Shown one piece after another: positions 19,746 through 28,026 of a stretch of DNA of 64,000 nucleotides (positions are counted from its first letter, which is position 1; every line of letters begins with the position of its first letter). The stretch is taken from the NCBI GenBank assembly GCA_001779925.1, contig MFEK01000014.1:1011-65010 (forward strand). The letters are read 5' to 3'. Below the pieces are notes generated by a model, which saw only the letters and a list, made by a program, of their open reading frames with translations, ran no database searches and was not told where the DNA came from. The position numbers were made by a program, and so were the translations under genes. The stretch comes from Candidatus Doudnabacteria bacterium RIFCSPHIGHO2_01_FULL_46_14 (GTDB taxonomy: Bacteria > Patescibacteriota > Doudnabacteria > UBA920 > 2-01-FULL-46-14).

Positions 19746-19922
19746 ATGGCAAGTAGAAAATTAGCCGACAAAAATGTAAGGAAACTCAGCCGCATGAGAG
19801 GTAAGTCTCTTGGTCTTACTCTTCCGATTGAGTTAGTCAACGGAATGGGATGGAAGGAAAAGCAGAAGGTGGTTGTGAAAAAACAGGGCAGGCATTTGAT
19901 CATCAAGGACTGGAAAGCGTAA
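19746..19922 (+). CDS. AbrB/MazE/SpoVT-family small DNA-binding protein (58 aa, not in the ORF track)
   Basis: MASRKLADKNVRKLSRMRGKSLGLTLPIELVNGMGWKEKQKVVVKKQGRHLIIKDWKA; swapped-hairpin pattern S(L)xxTLP...GW...V.V. Confidence 0.8.
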   Translation: MASRKLADKNVRKLSRMRGKSLGLTLPIELVNGMGWKEKQKVVVKKQGRHLIIKDWKA

Positions 19923-20096
19923 TGAAACAAAATTGCTCAAACCGTTTGCTGCCAATAAACTTGATTTTATGAACAACCTTAGAAAAAAACTTCAGTATAA
20001 ATCAAAACGAGAGCCAATTACATAAGGACGAAACCTCATGAACCTGCTCTCATCGTGAGCATGATATATTAGCAAAATTTTTATAGATTGTCAAGC

Positions 20097-21284
20097 ATGA
20101 AAATTTTTTACATTGCCAACGCCAGGATACCGACCGAAAAGGCGCACGGGATTCAGATAATGAAAATGTGCGAGGCTTTCGCGCGTCTGGGGCACGACGT
20201 AAAGCTGATAATTCCGAGTCGCGTTTCCCATATTGAGGAAGAGGCATTCGCGTACTATGGTATGACGAAAACTTTTGAGATTGTTTATTTGCCGTCGCTC
20301 GACCTCATCCGCTGGAGCGGATGGATTCCGAAAATATTTGCTTATTTGCAGAATTGGTCGTTTAGTAATTCCGTCCAGAAATTTTTGGATGACAATCAGG
20401 CAGATTTGCTTTACACCCGTGATGAGCTGACCGCCCTGTCATTGCCTAGAAACCTGGAAATTATTTTGGAAGTGCATAATGTTTCGAGGATTTTGCGAAA
20501 TAATACAGAGCGATTAAATAAACTGCAAAAAATAATTTCCATCACTGCGGGCCTGAAAAATGAACTGATGCGGCTGGGGTATGAGGCAAATAAGATTCAA
20601 GTCTTACCGGATGGGGTGGATTTGAAAAATTTCACCCTCCCCCAACCCCTCCCTGCCTCGCCGGCAGGCGGGCCCTCAAGGAAGGGGAATTCCTCCCCCT
20701 TGAGGGGGGAGGATAAAGGAGGGAGTGGTAAAAGAACTATAATGTATACAGGCAATTTTTTTGCCTGGAAAGGAGTCTACGTTTTAGCCGAGGCCACAAG
20801 ACTCTTACCAGAATATCAATTTGTATTTGTCGGCGGCTCGCCAGACGAACAGGAAAAATTTCAAGATTATATAAAAAGACAGTCATATAACGATCGTGAT
20901 ATAGCTGTCAAGAATATTAAGTTAACTGGACACGTACCGCATAATCAAATTCCTGAATATTTATCGCATGCAGATGTGCTGGTTCTGCCCAACTCGGGCA
21001 AAACCCCGATTTCAAGATATTACACCTCGCCTATGAAAATGTTTGAATATATGGCGGTTGGAAAGCCAATAGTGGCCTCGGACATGCCGTCGATTCGGGA
21101 AATCCTTAATGAATCTAATTCGATTCTTGTGAAACCAGACGATCCGCAGGCGCTGGCTCAGGGAATAAAAAAAGCGATCGAAGATTCTGAATTGGCAAAA
21201 AGAATCGCCGCACAAGCCTCGACAGACGCAAAAAAATACACCTGGCAAAACCGGGCAAAAGCCGTCATTGATTTAATGTCATAA
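20097..21284 (+). CDS. GT4 glycosyltransferase with in-frame palindromes
   Basis: PTEKAHGIQI, PDGVD and TSPMKMFEYMA motifs. Confidence 0.9.
   Translation: MKIFYIANARIPTEKAHGIQIMKMCEAFARLGHDVKLIIPSRVSHIEEEAFAYYGMTKTFEIVYLPSLDLIRWSGWIPKIFAYLQNWSFSNSVQKFLDDNQADLLYTRDELTALSLPRNLEIILEVHNVSRILRNNTERLNKLQKIISITAGLKNELMRLGYEANKIQVLPDGVDLKNFTLPQPLPASPAGGPSRKGNSSPLRGEDKGGSGKRTIMYTGNFFAWKGVYVLAEATRLLPEYQFVFVGGSPDEQEKFQDYIKRQSYNDRDIAVKNIKLTGHVPHNQIPEYLSHADVLVLPNSGKTPISRYYTSPMKMFEYMAVGKPIVASDMPSIREILNESNSILVKPDDPQALAQGIKKAIEDSELAKRIAAQASTDAKKYTWQNRAKAVIDLMS
20631..20724 (+). repeat. Family B palindrome with a nested CCTGCCTCGCCGGCAGGCGGG palindrome, in-frame
   Basis: First half matches 26826-26864 except for a ~21-nt insert at about 20652-20672; encodes FTLPQPLPASPAGGPSRKGNSSPLRGEDKGG. 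Confidence 0.8.
20878..20909. repeat. Imperfect 32-bp palindrome, in-frame (RQSYNDRDIAV)
   Basis: GACAGTCATATAACGATCGTGATATAGCTGTC, 26/32 self-complementary by hand. Confidence 0.55.
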
Positions 21285-21309
21285 AATTGGTAGAATAAAA
21301 GCCGAATTC

Positions 21310-22410
21310 ATGCATCAATACGGCATTGATATAAATACGCTGGAGAAATTCATTACCAAGCCCCAGGCAGAAGAAAAGGACTGGGGACGGTTTTGTGTGG
21401 CTGTGGATTTGCCGGAGTACCGCCTCGAGCAGTATGAGATTTCTGCCGGTAAATCTTGCGAGCTGCAGACTGCACGCGGGCATGAGGTCACGATTTTTGT
21501 GGAGAGCGGAGTAGTGCGCGTGGACGACATAGAACTTACAGCACAGGAACTGGTGTCCAGTGAAGGCAGGCTTGTTATCATGGCCAAGGAAGACTCGATT
21601 GTCTACGCGTTTCATGGGCCGGCAGAGTATGGCAGCGTGTATCATCAGAAATCTAAGACTTCTGATTTTCGTGACAAATATTGGGGCTCGATCGAAACTA
21701 TTGTGAGTCGCGATTACGCGGCCAAGAGGCTAGTCGTAAGAAAAGAGCGGCACGCGAGTTTTGAGTACCACTGCCGCAAATTGGAAAGTTATTTTATTCA
21801 TTCGGGTAAACTACTTCTCCGTAATAGAGCGGGTCGCGGCGAGGATCGGTATTTTGAACTCGAAAAAGGGACTGCGACGATCACGCCGCCGGGACTCATG
21901 CACCAGCGGGGGGGATTGGAGGACACTGTTATCATTGAAATCTCCACGCGCGACGAGGACGGTGATTCGTATCTTGTGGAGGACGGCGCAAAACTACCCA
22001 TGCCCCGCCTCCGCCAAGGCTACGGCGGGCTGGATCGAGGTTCAGAGGAATATAAGGGCCGCAGGATTTGTTTTGATATTGATGGAGTCCTGCGCACTCA
22101 GACAGACGGCGATTATGAGAATGCCCAGCCAATCAAAGAGGCGATTGATTTCATAAACAAACTTTATAACGAAGGCTTTTGGATCACCCTTTATACCTCG
22201 AGCTTTATGGGACGTGCCAAAAATGATCAAAAAGCCGCGTACGAGGCAGGATTTGCATTTAATAAAAAACAGCTGGCTGGTTGGGGCGTAAAATACCACG
22301 AGCTGTTTATGGGCAAGCCGCCGACAGATTTGTTAATCGATGATCGGGCGTTATTTTACAATCAAGATTGGGCAGTGATTGAAAAGGAAATTCGGAGCAA
22401 GCTTCAATAA
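21310..22410 (+). CDS. Cupin-cupin / HAD phosphatase fusion
   Basis: Mannose-6-P-isomerase-like cupin (YWG, H..K.E, MHQ..G...VIIEIST) plus a C-terminal FDIDG...GKP..D..IDD HAD domain. Confidence 0.75.
   Translation: MHQYGIDINTLEKFITKPQAEEKDWGRFCVAVDLPEYRLEQYEISAGKSCELQTARGHEVTIFVESGVVRVDDIELTAQELVSSEGRLVIMAKEDSIVYAFHGPAEYGSVYHQKSKTSDFRDKYWGSIETIVSRDYAAKRLVVRKERHASFEYHCRKLESYFIHSGKLLLRNRAGRGEDRYFELEKGTATITPPGLMHQRGGLEDTVIIEISTRDEDGDSYLVEDGAKLPMPRLRQGYGGLDRGSEEYKGRRICFDIDGVLRTQTDGDYENAQPIKEAIDFINKLYNEGFWITLYTSSFMGRAKNDQKAAYEAGFAFNKKQLAGWGVKYHELFMGKPPTDLLIDDRALFYNQDWAVIEKEIRSKLQ
22003..22030 (+). repeat. CCGCCAAGGCTACGGCGG palindrome (family C), in-frame at the domain junction (PRLRQGYGG)
   Basis: CCCGCC...GGCGGG hairpin; related inverted copy at 56455-56502. 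Confidence 0.7.
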
Positions 22411-22411
22411 C

Positions 22412-23110
22412 ATGAATTTAGAAGAAGCCAATATTTTAAAAATTCTAGTCTGCGAGCAAAACCGGCGGCTCCCGGAAACCGGTCTCGTTATTTTGACTGA
22501 AGGCAATGTTTCGCAGATTTCCTCTAATCGCAGTTTCATTGTCATCAAACCTTCCGGCGTGGAATATCATGATCTGGCCCCGGAGAAAATGGTAGTGGTG
22601 GATATGTCTGGGAAGGTTGTTGAGGGGGATTTGCGTCCATCTGTTGACACCTTTACTCATCTGGAAATTTACAAAAAATACTCGCATATCGGGGGCATTA
22701 CCCATACCCACTCCTCGTTTGCCACAGTGTTCGCGCAGATGCACAAACCAGTGCCGGCTTATGGCACTACTCACGCTGATGCTTTTGGCCAGGAGATTCC
22801 GGTGACGCGTCCGCTTTCCGATGACGAAATCACCGGCAATCTGGAGATCAACACCGGTCGGGTCATTTGCGAGGTTCTCGATCAGCGTCACGCGCGATGC
22901 GTGCTGGTGGCGAGCCACGGTCCGTTCGTGTTCGGCAAAGACGCTAAAGAGTCAGTTGACTGCGCGGCCATGGCCGAACAGGTGGCTATGATGGCCATCC
23001 TCGGGCAGTATCGCAGCCCGATTCAAGAAGCGCTTCTCAAAAAACATTTCGAGCGCAAGCACGGCAAGGATAAATATTACGGGCAACAGTTGGACCATGA
23101 CAAAATATAA
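22412..23110 (+). CDS. araD: L-ribulose-5-phosphate 4-epimerase-like (class II aldolase family)
   Basis: GNVS, IKPSGV.Y, PSVDT.TH, HTHS, GTTHAD and HG motifs. Confidence 0.85.
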   Translation: MNLEEANILKILVCEQNRRLPETGLVILTEGNVSQISSNRSFIVIKPSGVEYHDLAPEKMVVVDMSGKVVEGDLRPSVDTFTHLEIYKKYSHIGGITHTHSSFATVFAQMHKPVPAYGTTHADAFGQEIPVTRPLSDDEITGNLEINTGRVICEVLDQRHARCVLVASHGPFVFGKDAKESVDCAAMAEQVAMMAILGQYRSPIQEALLKKHFERKHGKDKYYGQQLDHDKI

Positions 23111-23762
23111 AGGCATAATTTTCGATTTCAATGGCGTTTTACTCTGGGACATCCCGCTTCATGAAAAAGGATGGGATCGGTTTGCACGCAGGCATCGCGG
23201 CGCTGGCTTATCTGAGCATGATTGGGATCATTTGAACGCAAAGAGCACTTGGGACACTATAGAGTATTTGCTGGGAAAAAAATTAACCAGGGAAGAGCTT
23301 GATCATTATGAGGCGGAAAAAGAGCTAGGGTATCAGGAAGAGCTTGGCGCTGACCCTGTTTTGTCTGCGGGAGCGGTTAGCCTTCTTGATAATCTGAAAT
23401 CGCGAAATATTCCCATGGCGGTCGCCACCTCTTCGAGCAAAATTAATATAGATTTTTTCTTGCGCACGTTTGGCCTGGAGAAATGGTTTCCTCTGGATCG
23501 CATAGTATATTTTGACGGGACTTTTCCGGCAAAACCTCACCCGGAGATGTATTTGCGCGCGGCAAAGACCATTGGGCTCAATGCGGGAGATTGCGTTGTG
23601 GTGGAAGATGCGATTCAGGGGATTATCTCCGCCAAAGCCGCCGGCGCAGGAATGATAATTGGCCTTGAATCTACCAAAGATTCGAAAGCCCTGCTGGCCG
23701 CGGGTGCGGATCAGAGTATTAAAACGCTCGAAGAGATCAAGCCGGAAGAATTATTCGTATGA
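23097..23762 (+). CDS. HAD-family phosphatase (beta-PGM-like)
   Basis: FDFNGVL, KPHPE and VVEDA motifs. Confidence 0.85.
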   Translation: MTKYKGIIFDFNGVLLWDIPLHEKGWDRFARRHRGAGLSEHDWDHLNAKSTWDTIEYLLGKKLTREELDHYEAEKELGYQEELGADPVLSAGAVSLLDNLKSRNIPMAVATSSSKINIDFFLRTFGLEKWFPLDRIVYFDGTFPAKPHPEMYLRAAKTIGLNAGDCVVVEDAIQGIISAKAAGAGMIIGLESTKDSKALLAAGADQSIKTLEEIKPEELFV

Positions 23763-24100
23763 ATTGGACGATTCTAATTTTGATCGGTAGCCAGCTGCTT
23801 TTCACCGCCAGCGACACTCTCGCTAGAAGTTATATGAAAGATCATGGGTTTCATTTGGCTACTTTCTTCGCGCCATGGTTTTTATTTTATCTTTTGCTCA
23901 GGATGCCTGCAGTTCTCGGGCAGCTATATATATTTTCCTCAATCGAACTCGGAAAAACCATGGCTTTGTTTGCGGTAGTGACAATAATATTATCAAATTT
24001 AATCGGTCTTTTGCTTCTTAAAGAAGTCCTTTCAGTTTCCGCTTATGTTGGAATAGCGCTCGCAATTACAGCGTTTATTGTGCTATATTTTAGTAAATAA
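23759..24100 (+). CDS. Small 4-TM membrane protein (SMR/EamA-like)
   Basis: Four hydrophobic helices; LLKE...YVGI pattern. Confidence 0.6.
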   Translation: MNWTILILIGSQLLFTASDTLARSYMKDHGFHLATFFAPWFLFYLLLRMPAVLGQLYIFSSIELGKTMALFAVVTIILSNLIGLLLLKEVLSVSAYVGIALAITAFIVLYFSK

Positions 24101-24101
24101 T

Positions 24102-24842
24102 ATGAAATTATTTCTTGATTCAGCTAATTTGCAAGATATTGAGGAAGCCCTGCAGGGCGGGTTTATTCGCGGCGTCACTACCAATCCTTCACTTTTGGCC
24201 AAAGAGCCAAAGGGTAGTTATGTTGGCCATGCTCAAAAGATTATTGAGCTAATACAGAAACACGGGGAGAATTTATCTCTGAGCGTTGAGGTTTTTACAA
24301 ACGACCAAAAAGAAATGATTTCTCAGGCCAAAGATTTTGTGAAGCAATTAAATTACAAGCAATTAGCCATAAAAATCCCGGTCAGCTACAAAGGCCAGTC
24401 CAACCTGAATGTTATGCGAGAGCTGACCTCTGAAGGGATAATTGTTAATTGCACAGCCGCGATGACCCCGCTGCAGCTTATGATGGCCGCTGCAAGCGGA
24501 GCAAAATACGTGAGCTTGTTTTACAATCGCCTCAGGGACGCAGAAAATGAAGAAACCTACAAAGCAGAAAGAGAAGCGCTCATCAAAAATAAAGTTGTTG
24601 AGGAGGCAGACTATGACCCCAACAAAGTTTTACACGAGACTGTGCCGCTCTTGATGGATTATCCGGATTCGGAAATCATTGTCGGCAGTATCAGGACAGT
24701 GCTCGATGTCAAAGAATCCGCGCTCGCTGGCGGTCACATTGTTACTGCGTCATTGAAGATCCTCAAAGACGCACTAATGCATTTCAAAACCGATGACAGC
24801 GTGGATAAATTCCTCAAAGATTTTGAATCGTGGATTAAATAA
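24102..24842 (+). CDS. Transaldolase/fructose-6-phosphate aldolase family
   Basis: FLDSA, GVTTNPSL, IKIP and VNCT motifs. Confidence 0.9.
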   Translation: MKLFLDSANLQDIEEALQGGFIRGVTTNPSLLAKEPKGSYVGHAQKIIELIQKHGENLSLSVEVFTNDQKEMISQAKDFVKQLNYKQLAIKIPVSYKGQSNLNVMRELTSEGIIVNCTAAMTPLQLMMAAASGAKYVSLFYNRLRDAENEETYKAEREALIKNKVVEEADYDPNKVLHETVPLLMDYPDSEIIVGSIRTVLDVKESALAGGHIVTASLKILKDALMHFKTDDSVDKFLKDFESWIK

Positions 24843-24844
24843 CT

Positions 24845-25741
24845 ATGGTAAACTCTAACGAAAAAATCGTAGTTTTGGGCGCGGATCACAATGGTGTGGC
24901 TCTGAAAGCTGAGGTGAAAAAGCTCCTCGCAGGCCAGGGTTATACTTGCGTGGATATCGGTCCCTTTACGGATGAACAAAAGGTTGATTATGTTGATTAC
25001 GCCAAGACTCTCGGGCAGATCATGCAGAATGGGGAAGCGCGCTGGGGGGTTCTAGTGTGCGGCACAGGTGTCGGGATGGATATTGTAGCCAACCGTTTTT
25101 CGAATGTTCGGGCTTCGCTGGCGCACAGCGTGGATGTGGCCCATAAAACGCGTGAGCACAATGATGCCAATGTGCTCTGCCTCGGTTCCTGGGTGAACAG
25201 CACTGAAGACAATCTGGAAATCGTTCGCGCGTGGTTTGGCGGGGCGTTTGGCGAAGGCCGGCATGTGAAGCGCGTGGAAAAGACGAAAGACCATGACAAA
25301 AGCAAGATTGTGTTTACAAATGGTGTTTTCGATATTCTTCATAAAGGGCATATTGATCTTTTGAAATGGGCAAAATCTTTGGGTGGCAAACTGGTGGTAG
25401 GTATTAACTCGGACCGGGCCACGCGCGAGCTCAAAGGTCCAGAGAGGCCGATTCATAATGAGAATGACCGCAAGGCAATCCTTGAGAGTCTGGGAATGGT
25501 TGATGAGGTTGTGATTTTTGATGATACAAAAACTGAGGGTATTATTGCGCAGGTTCAGCCAGATATCCTCGTGAAAGGCGCGGAATGGACCGCAGATGAG
25601 GTTAGAAAGCGCGATAATATTCCTGATAACATCGAGGTTAAAGTTTTTCAGCTGTCGCTCAACCCGGATTTTTGCATGGAAAAATATTCAACCACGAGCG
25701 TGGTGGAAAAGCTGAAGGGCGATAAACACGATCATGCCTAA
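24845..25741 (+). CDS. RpiB sugar-phosphate isomerase fused to an HldE/RfaE-type nucleotidyltransferase
   Basis: GADHNG, CGTGVG and HNDANVLC in the N-half; TNGVFDILHKGH, GINSD and KGPERP in the C-half. Confidence 0.88.
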   Translation: MVNSNEKIVVLGADHNGVALKAEVKKLLAGQGYTCVDIGPFTDEQKVDYVDYAKTLGQIMQNGEARWGVLVCGTGVGMDIVANRFSNVRASLAHSVDVAHKTREHNDANVLCLGSWVNSTEDNLEIVRAWFGGAFGEGRHVKRVEKTKDHDKSKIVFTNGVFDILHKGHIDLLKWAKSLGGKLVVGINSDRATRELKGPERPIHNENDRKAILESLGMVDEVVIFDDTKTEGIIAQVQPDILVKGAEWTADEVRKRDNIPDNIEVKVFQLSLNPDFCMEKYSTTSVVEKLKGDKHDHA

Positions 25742-26585
25742 GGTTATTGTTGTCGGTGACCTCATTTTAGACATCTATCACTATGGCCATCCCCTCAAAG
25801 ATTCAGTTGAGGGGCTTCTTGCTATTGGTGAGGATAAAACTGAAGCATCTTTTGGCGGCGCAGGGCTATTGGTCCGCAATATTGTCCAGCTCGGCGGGCG
25901 GGTTGATTTCGTTACTGTTATTGGAAATGATGAGTTTGGCGACCTCGCGCAGAAATTTATCCGTCAAAACTTAAAGAAAACATTTTTTGTCGAAAATGGC
26001 CGCAAGACTACGGTCAAAGAGAGGTTTGTGGTGAATGGCAAAAAGGTTTTGAAATGGAATCATTTGGATAATCGGCCGCTCAATCCCGCAATTCAGAACA
26101 GAATTTTGCTTTACCTGGCAAAAAATATTAGAGGTTACGATAAACTTATCATTTCTGACTATCGCCATGGCCTCATTTCGCAGAGCTTTGCCCGCGCTCT
26201 GGTTGCACTCGGCAAAAAATTTAAAAAGCCGGTTTATGTTGATTCGCAGATCGCTCAAAGCAAAGGCAACCATGCCTGGTATAAAGGTGCTGATTTAATG
26301 TGTTTGAATGAATTGGAAGCAAAAAGCATCAAGGATGAGATCGACATTCCCAACATAATTTTGAAGCTAGGATCAAAAGGCTCGCTCGCAGTCATTGAAG
26401 GAAAGAAAATCCGCACACCGGCATTTAAGGTAAAGGTTGTAGACACTACTGGCGCTGGTGATGCGTTTTTTGCAGCGCTTGTGATCTCGAATTTTCCGCC
26501 AACTACCTCTGACTTGAAACGCGCCAACAAATGGGCAGCTTTGACCACAACAAAAATGGGCACCGAGCTTCCAAAAACCAGATAA
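25734..26585 (+). CDS. PfkB-family kinase (HldE/RfaE domain I-like)
   Basis: VVGDLILD, GGAG, TTVKER, ISDY and DTTGAGDAF motifs. Confidence 0.88.
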   Translation: MPKVIVVGDLILDIYHYGHPLKDSVEGLLAIGEDKTEASFGGAGLLVRNIVQLGGRVDFVTVIGNDEFGDLAQKFIRQNLKKTFFVENGRKTTVKERFVVNGKKVLKWNHLDNRPLNPAIQNRILLYLAKNIRGYDKLIISDYRHGLISQSFARALVALGKKFKKPVYVDSQIAQSKGNHAWYKGADLMCLNELEAKSIKDEIDIPNIILKLGSKGSLAVIEGKKIRTPAFKVKVVDTTGAGDAFFAALVISNFPPTTSDLKRANKWAALTTTKMGTELPKTR

Positions 26586-26633
26586 GAATCTGATATAATT
26601 GACAATCAAAACATTCAGGATTAGGATAATCAT

Positions 26634-26807
26634 ATGTCAGAAGACAAGCTGAGCAAAATTTTAGAAGTCGTTATCCACCTAAAAGATAAGATAGATAACG
26701 ATATGGTGACGAAAGACGAATTCGCAGAATTCAGGAGCGAGAACACTGCTCATATTGACGGTTTTATTAAGCTACATCAAACACTGGATACGTTGCGGGC
26801 GGGTTAG
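26634..26807 (+). pseudogene. Small helical ORF (57 aa) apparently truncated by a family B repeat
   Basis: MSEDKLSKILEVVIHLKDKIDNDMVTKDEFAEFRSENTAHIDGFIKLHQTLDTLRAG; the stop codon lies inside the repeat. Confidence 0.5.
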
Positions 26808-26864
26808 GTAGGGGTGGTGAAAAGTTTCACCCTCCCCTTACCCCTCCCCTCAAGGGAGGGGAAT
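26797..26864. repeat. Intergenic family B inverted pair
   Basis: GGGCGGGTTAGGTAGGGGTG...TTCACCCTCCCCTTACCCCTCCCCTCAAGGGAGGGGAAT. Confidence 0.8.
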
Positions 26865-27021
26865 AATGAGGATTGCAAAAGGAGACCGTACAGATACAAT
26901 CAAAGCCTGCAATCTTATTTGGGGATGATAGGTCACAGCGATGGTTACGATCTCAGCATAGTCTTAAAGAATAACTTTTTCATACCTCGCGAGAAACGGA
27001 AATAACAAGTATAATGTCGGT

Positions 27022-28026
27022 ATGAAAATTCTTGTTGCTCAGCCCGGGAAAATCGGGGATTTGGTTTGTACTACGCCGCTTTTCCGCACACTTGCGGAAA
27101 ATTTCAAAGCGCCGGTGGATATTATTGCCGGGCCGTTTGCTCTGGATTTGCTCAAAGGCAATGATAGTGTTAGGGAAGTCTATTCGAGGAAGGTAGAGCC
27201 GGATATCCTGCGAAAAGAAAACTACACTCACATTCTCGTGCTCATGCCGAGTGTGGAGATTTGGGGACTCGCTAGAAAAGCGAGCATTTCGAATATCTGG
27301 AGCACGATTCATCCGAAAATGACCCGCCGTGAGCGGCTGTTTTCGTTTTTTTATCTGACTCGGAAATTTCCCTACAACTTCTCCTCTGCCCAGCAGCATT
27401 ATCTGCAGATGGGGCAGGCTCTGGGAGCCGCGAATCTGATTCAGAAGCGAGAGATTCGTTACGGCTCAGAGGACGAACAAAAGATAGCCGAGTTTTTGCG
27501 TGAGCAAAATCTGCAGGATAAAAAACTCGTTGGCATTTCCGTGACTGCAGGCAAGGATTTCAAAGAGTGGGGGAATCAAAATTACAAACAGCTCGTGGAT
27601 AAACTTAACAGCGAAAATTTTACGGTTATTGCTGTGGGCACCAAGGAAGAACGGCCAAAATTGGAGACGCTACAAAATTCACTTGCCCGCCAGGATATGT
27701 TTTTGAATGTAGCAGGGGATTTTAAACTCTCTGAATTTGCCGCGCTCGCCGTGAACTTTAGAGCCTTTATTGCCGCAGACACTGGGCCCCTGTATATTGC
27801 CGATGCGCTCGGCATCCCAGTTGTGGATCTCATGGGTCCCTGCTATTCTGGCGGACAAAAGCCTCTTGGCGAAAATGCCGTGCTAATCGGCGAATGCCTT
27901 AAACCAGAACACCCGAAATGCCGGATGATGGATAGCCCGAATTATTTAAAAGAAGAATTCCAGCGTTGCATGGCGGAAATCAGGTTTGAGGAAGTTTGGC
28001 AGGGTTTCCAAAGCTTAAAGCTATGA
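27022..28026 (+). CDS. GT9 heptosyltransferase-like
   Basis: KIGDLVCTTP, KEW and DTGPLYIA.ALG.P motifs. Confidence 0.88.
   Translation: MKILVAQPGKIGDLVCTTPLFRTLAENFKAPVDIIAGPFALDLLKGNDSVREVYSRKVEPDILRKENYTHILVLMPSVEIWGLARKASISNIWSTIHPKMTRRERLFSFFYLTRKFPYNFSSAQQHYLQMGQALGAANLIQKREIRYGSEDEQKIAEFLREQNLQDKKLVGISVTAGKDFKEWGNQNYKQLVDKLNSENFTVIAVGTKEERPKLETLQNSLARQDMFLNVAGDFKLSEFAALAVNFRAFIAADTGPLYIADALGIPVVDLMGPCYSGGQKPLGENAVLIGECLKPEHPKCRMMDSPNYLKEEFQRCMAEIRFEEVWQGFQSLKL

Noticed and set aside
19923-20090. Toxin partner downstream of the AbrB-like gene
   Set aside because: Only very short ORFs are present, with no toxin-like sequence.
26814-27005. 63-aa ORF as a genuine gene
   Set aside because: Its first third is translated family B palindrome; only the tail may be a gene remnant.
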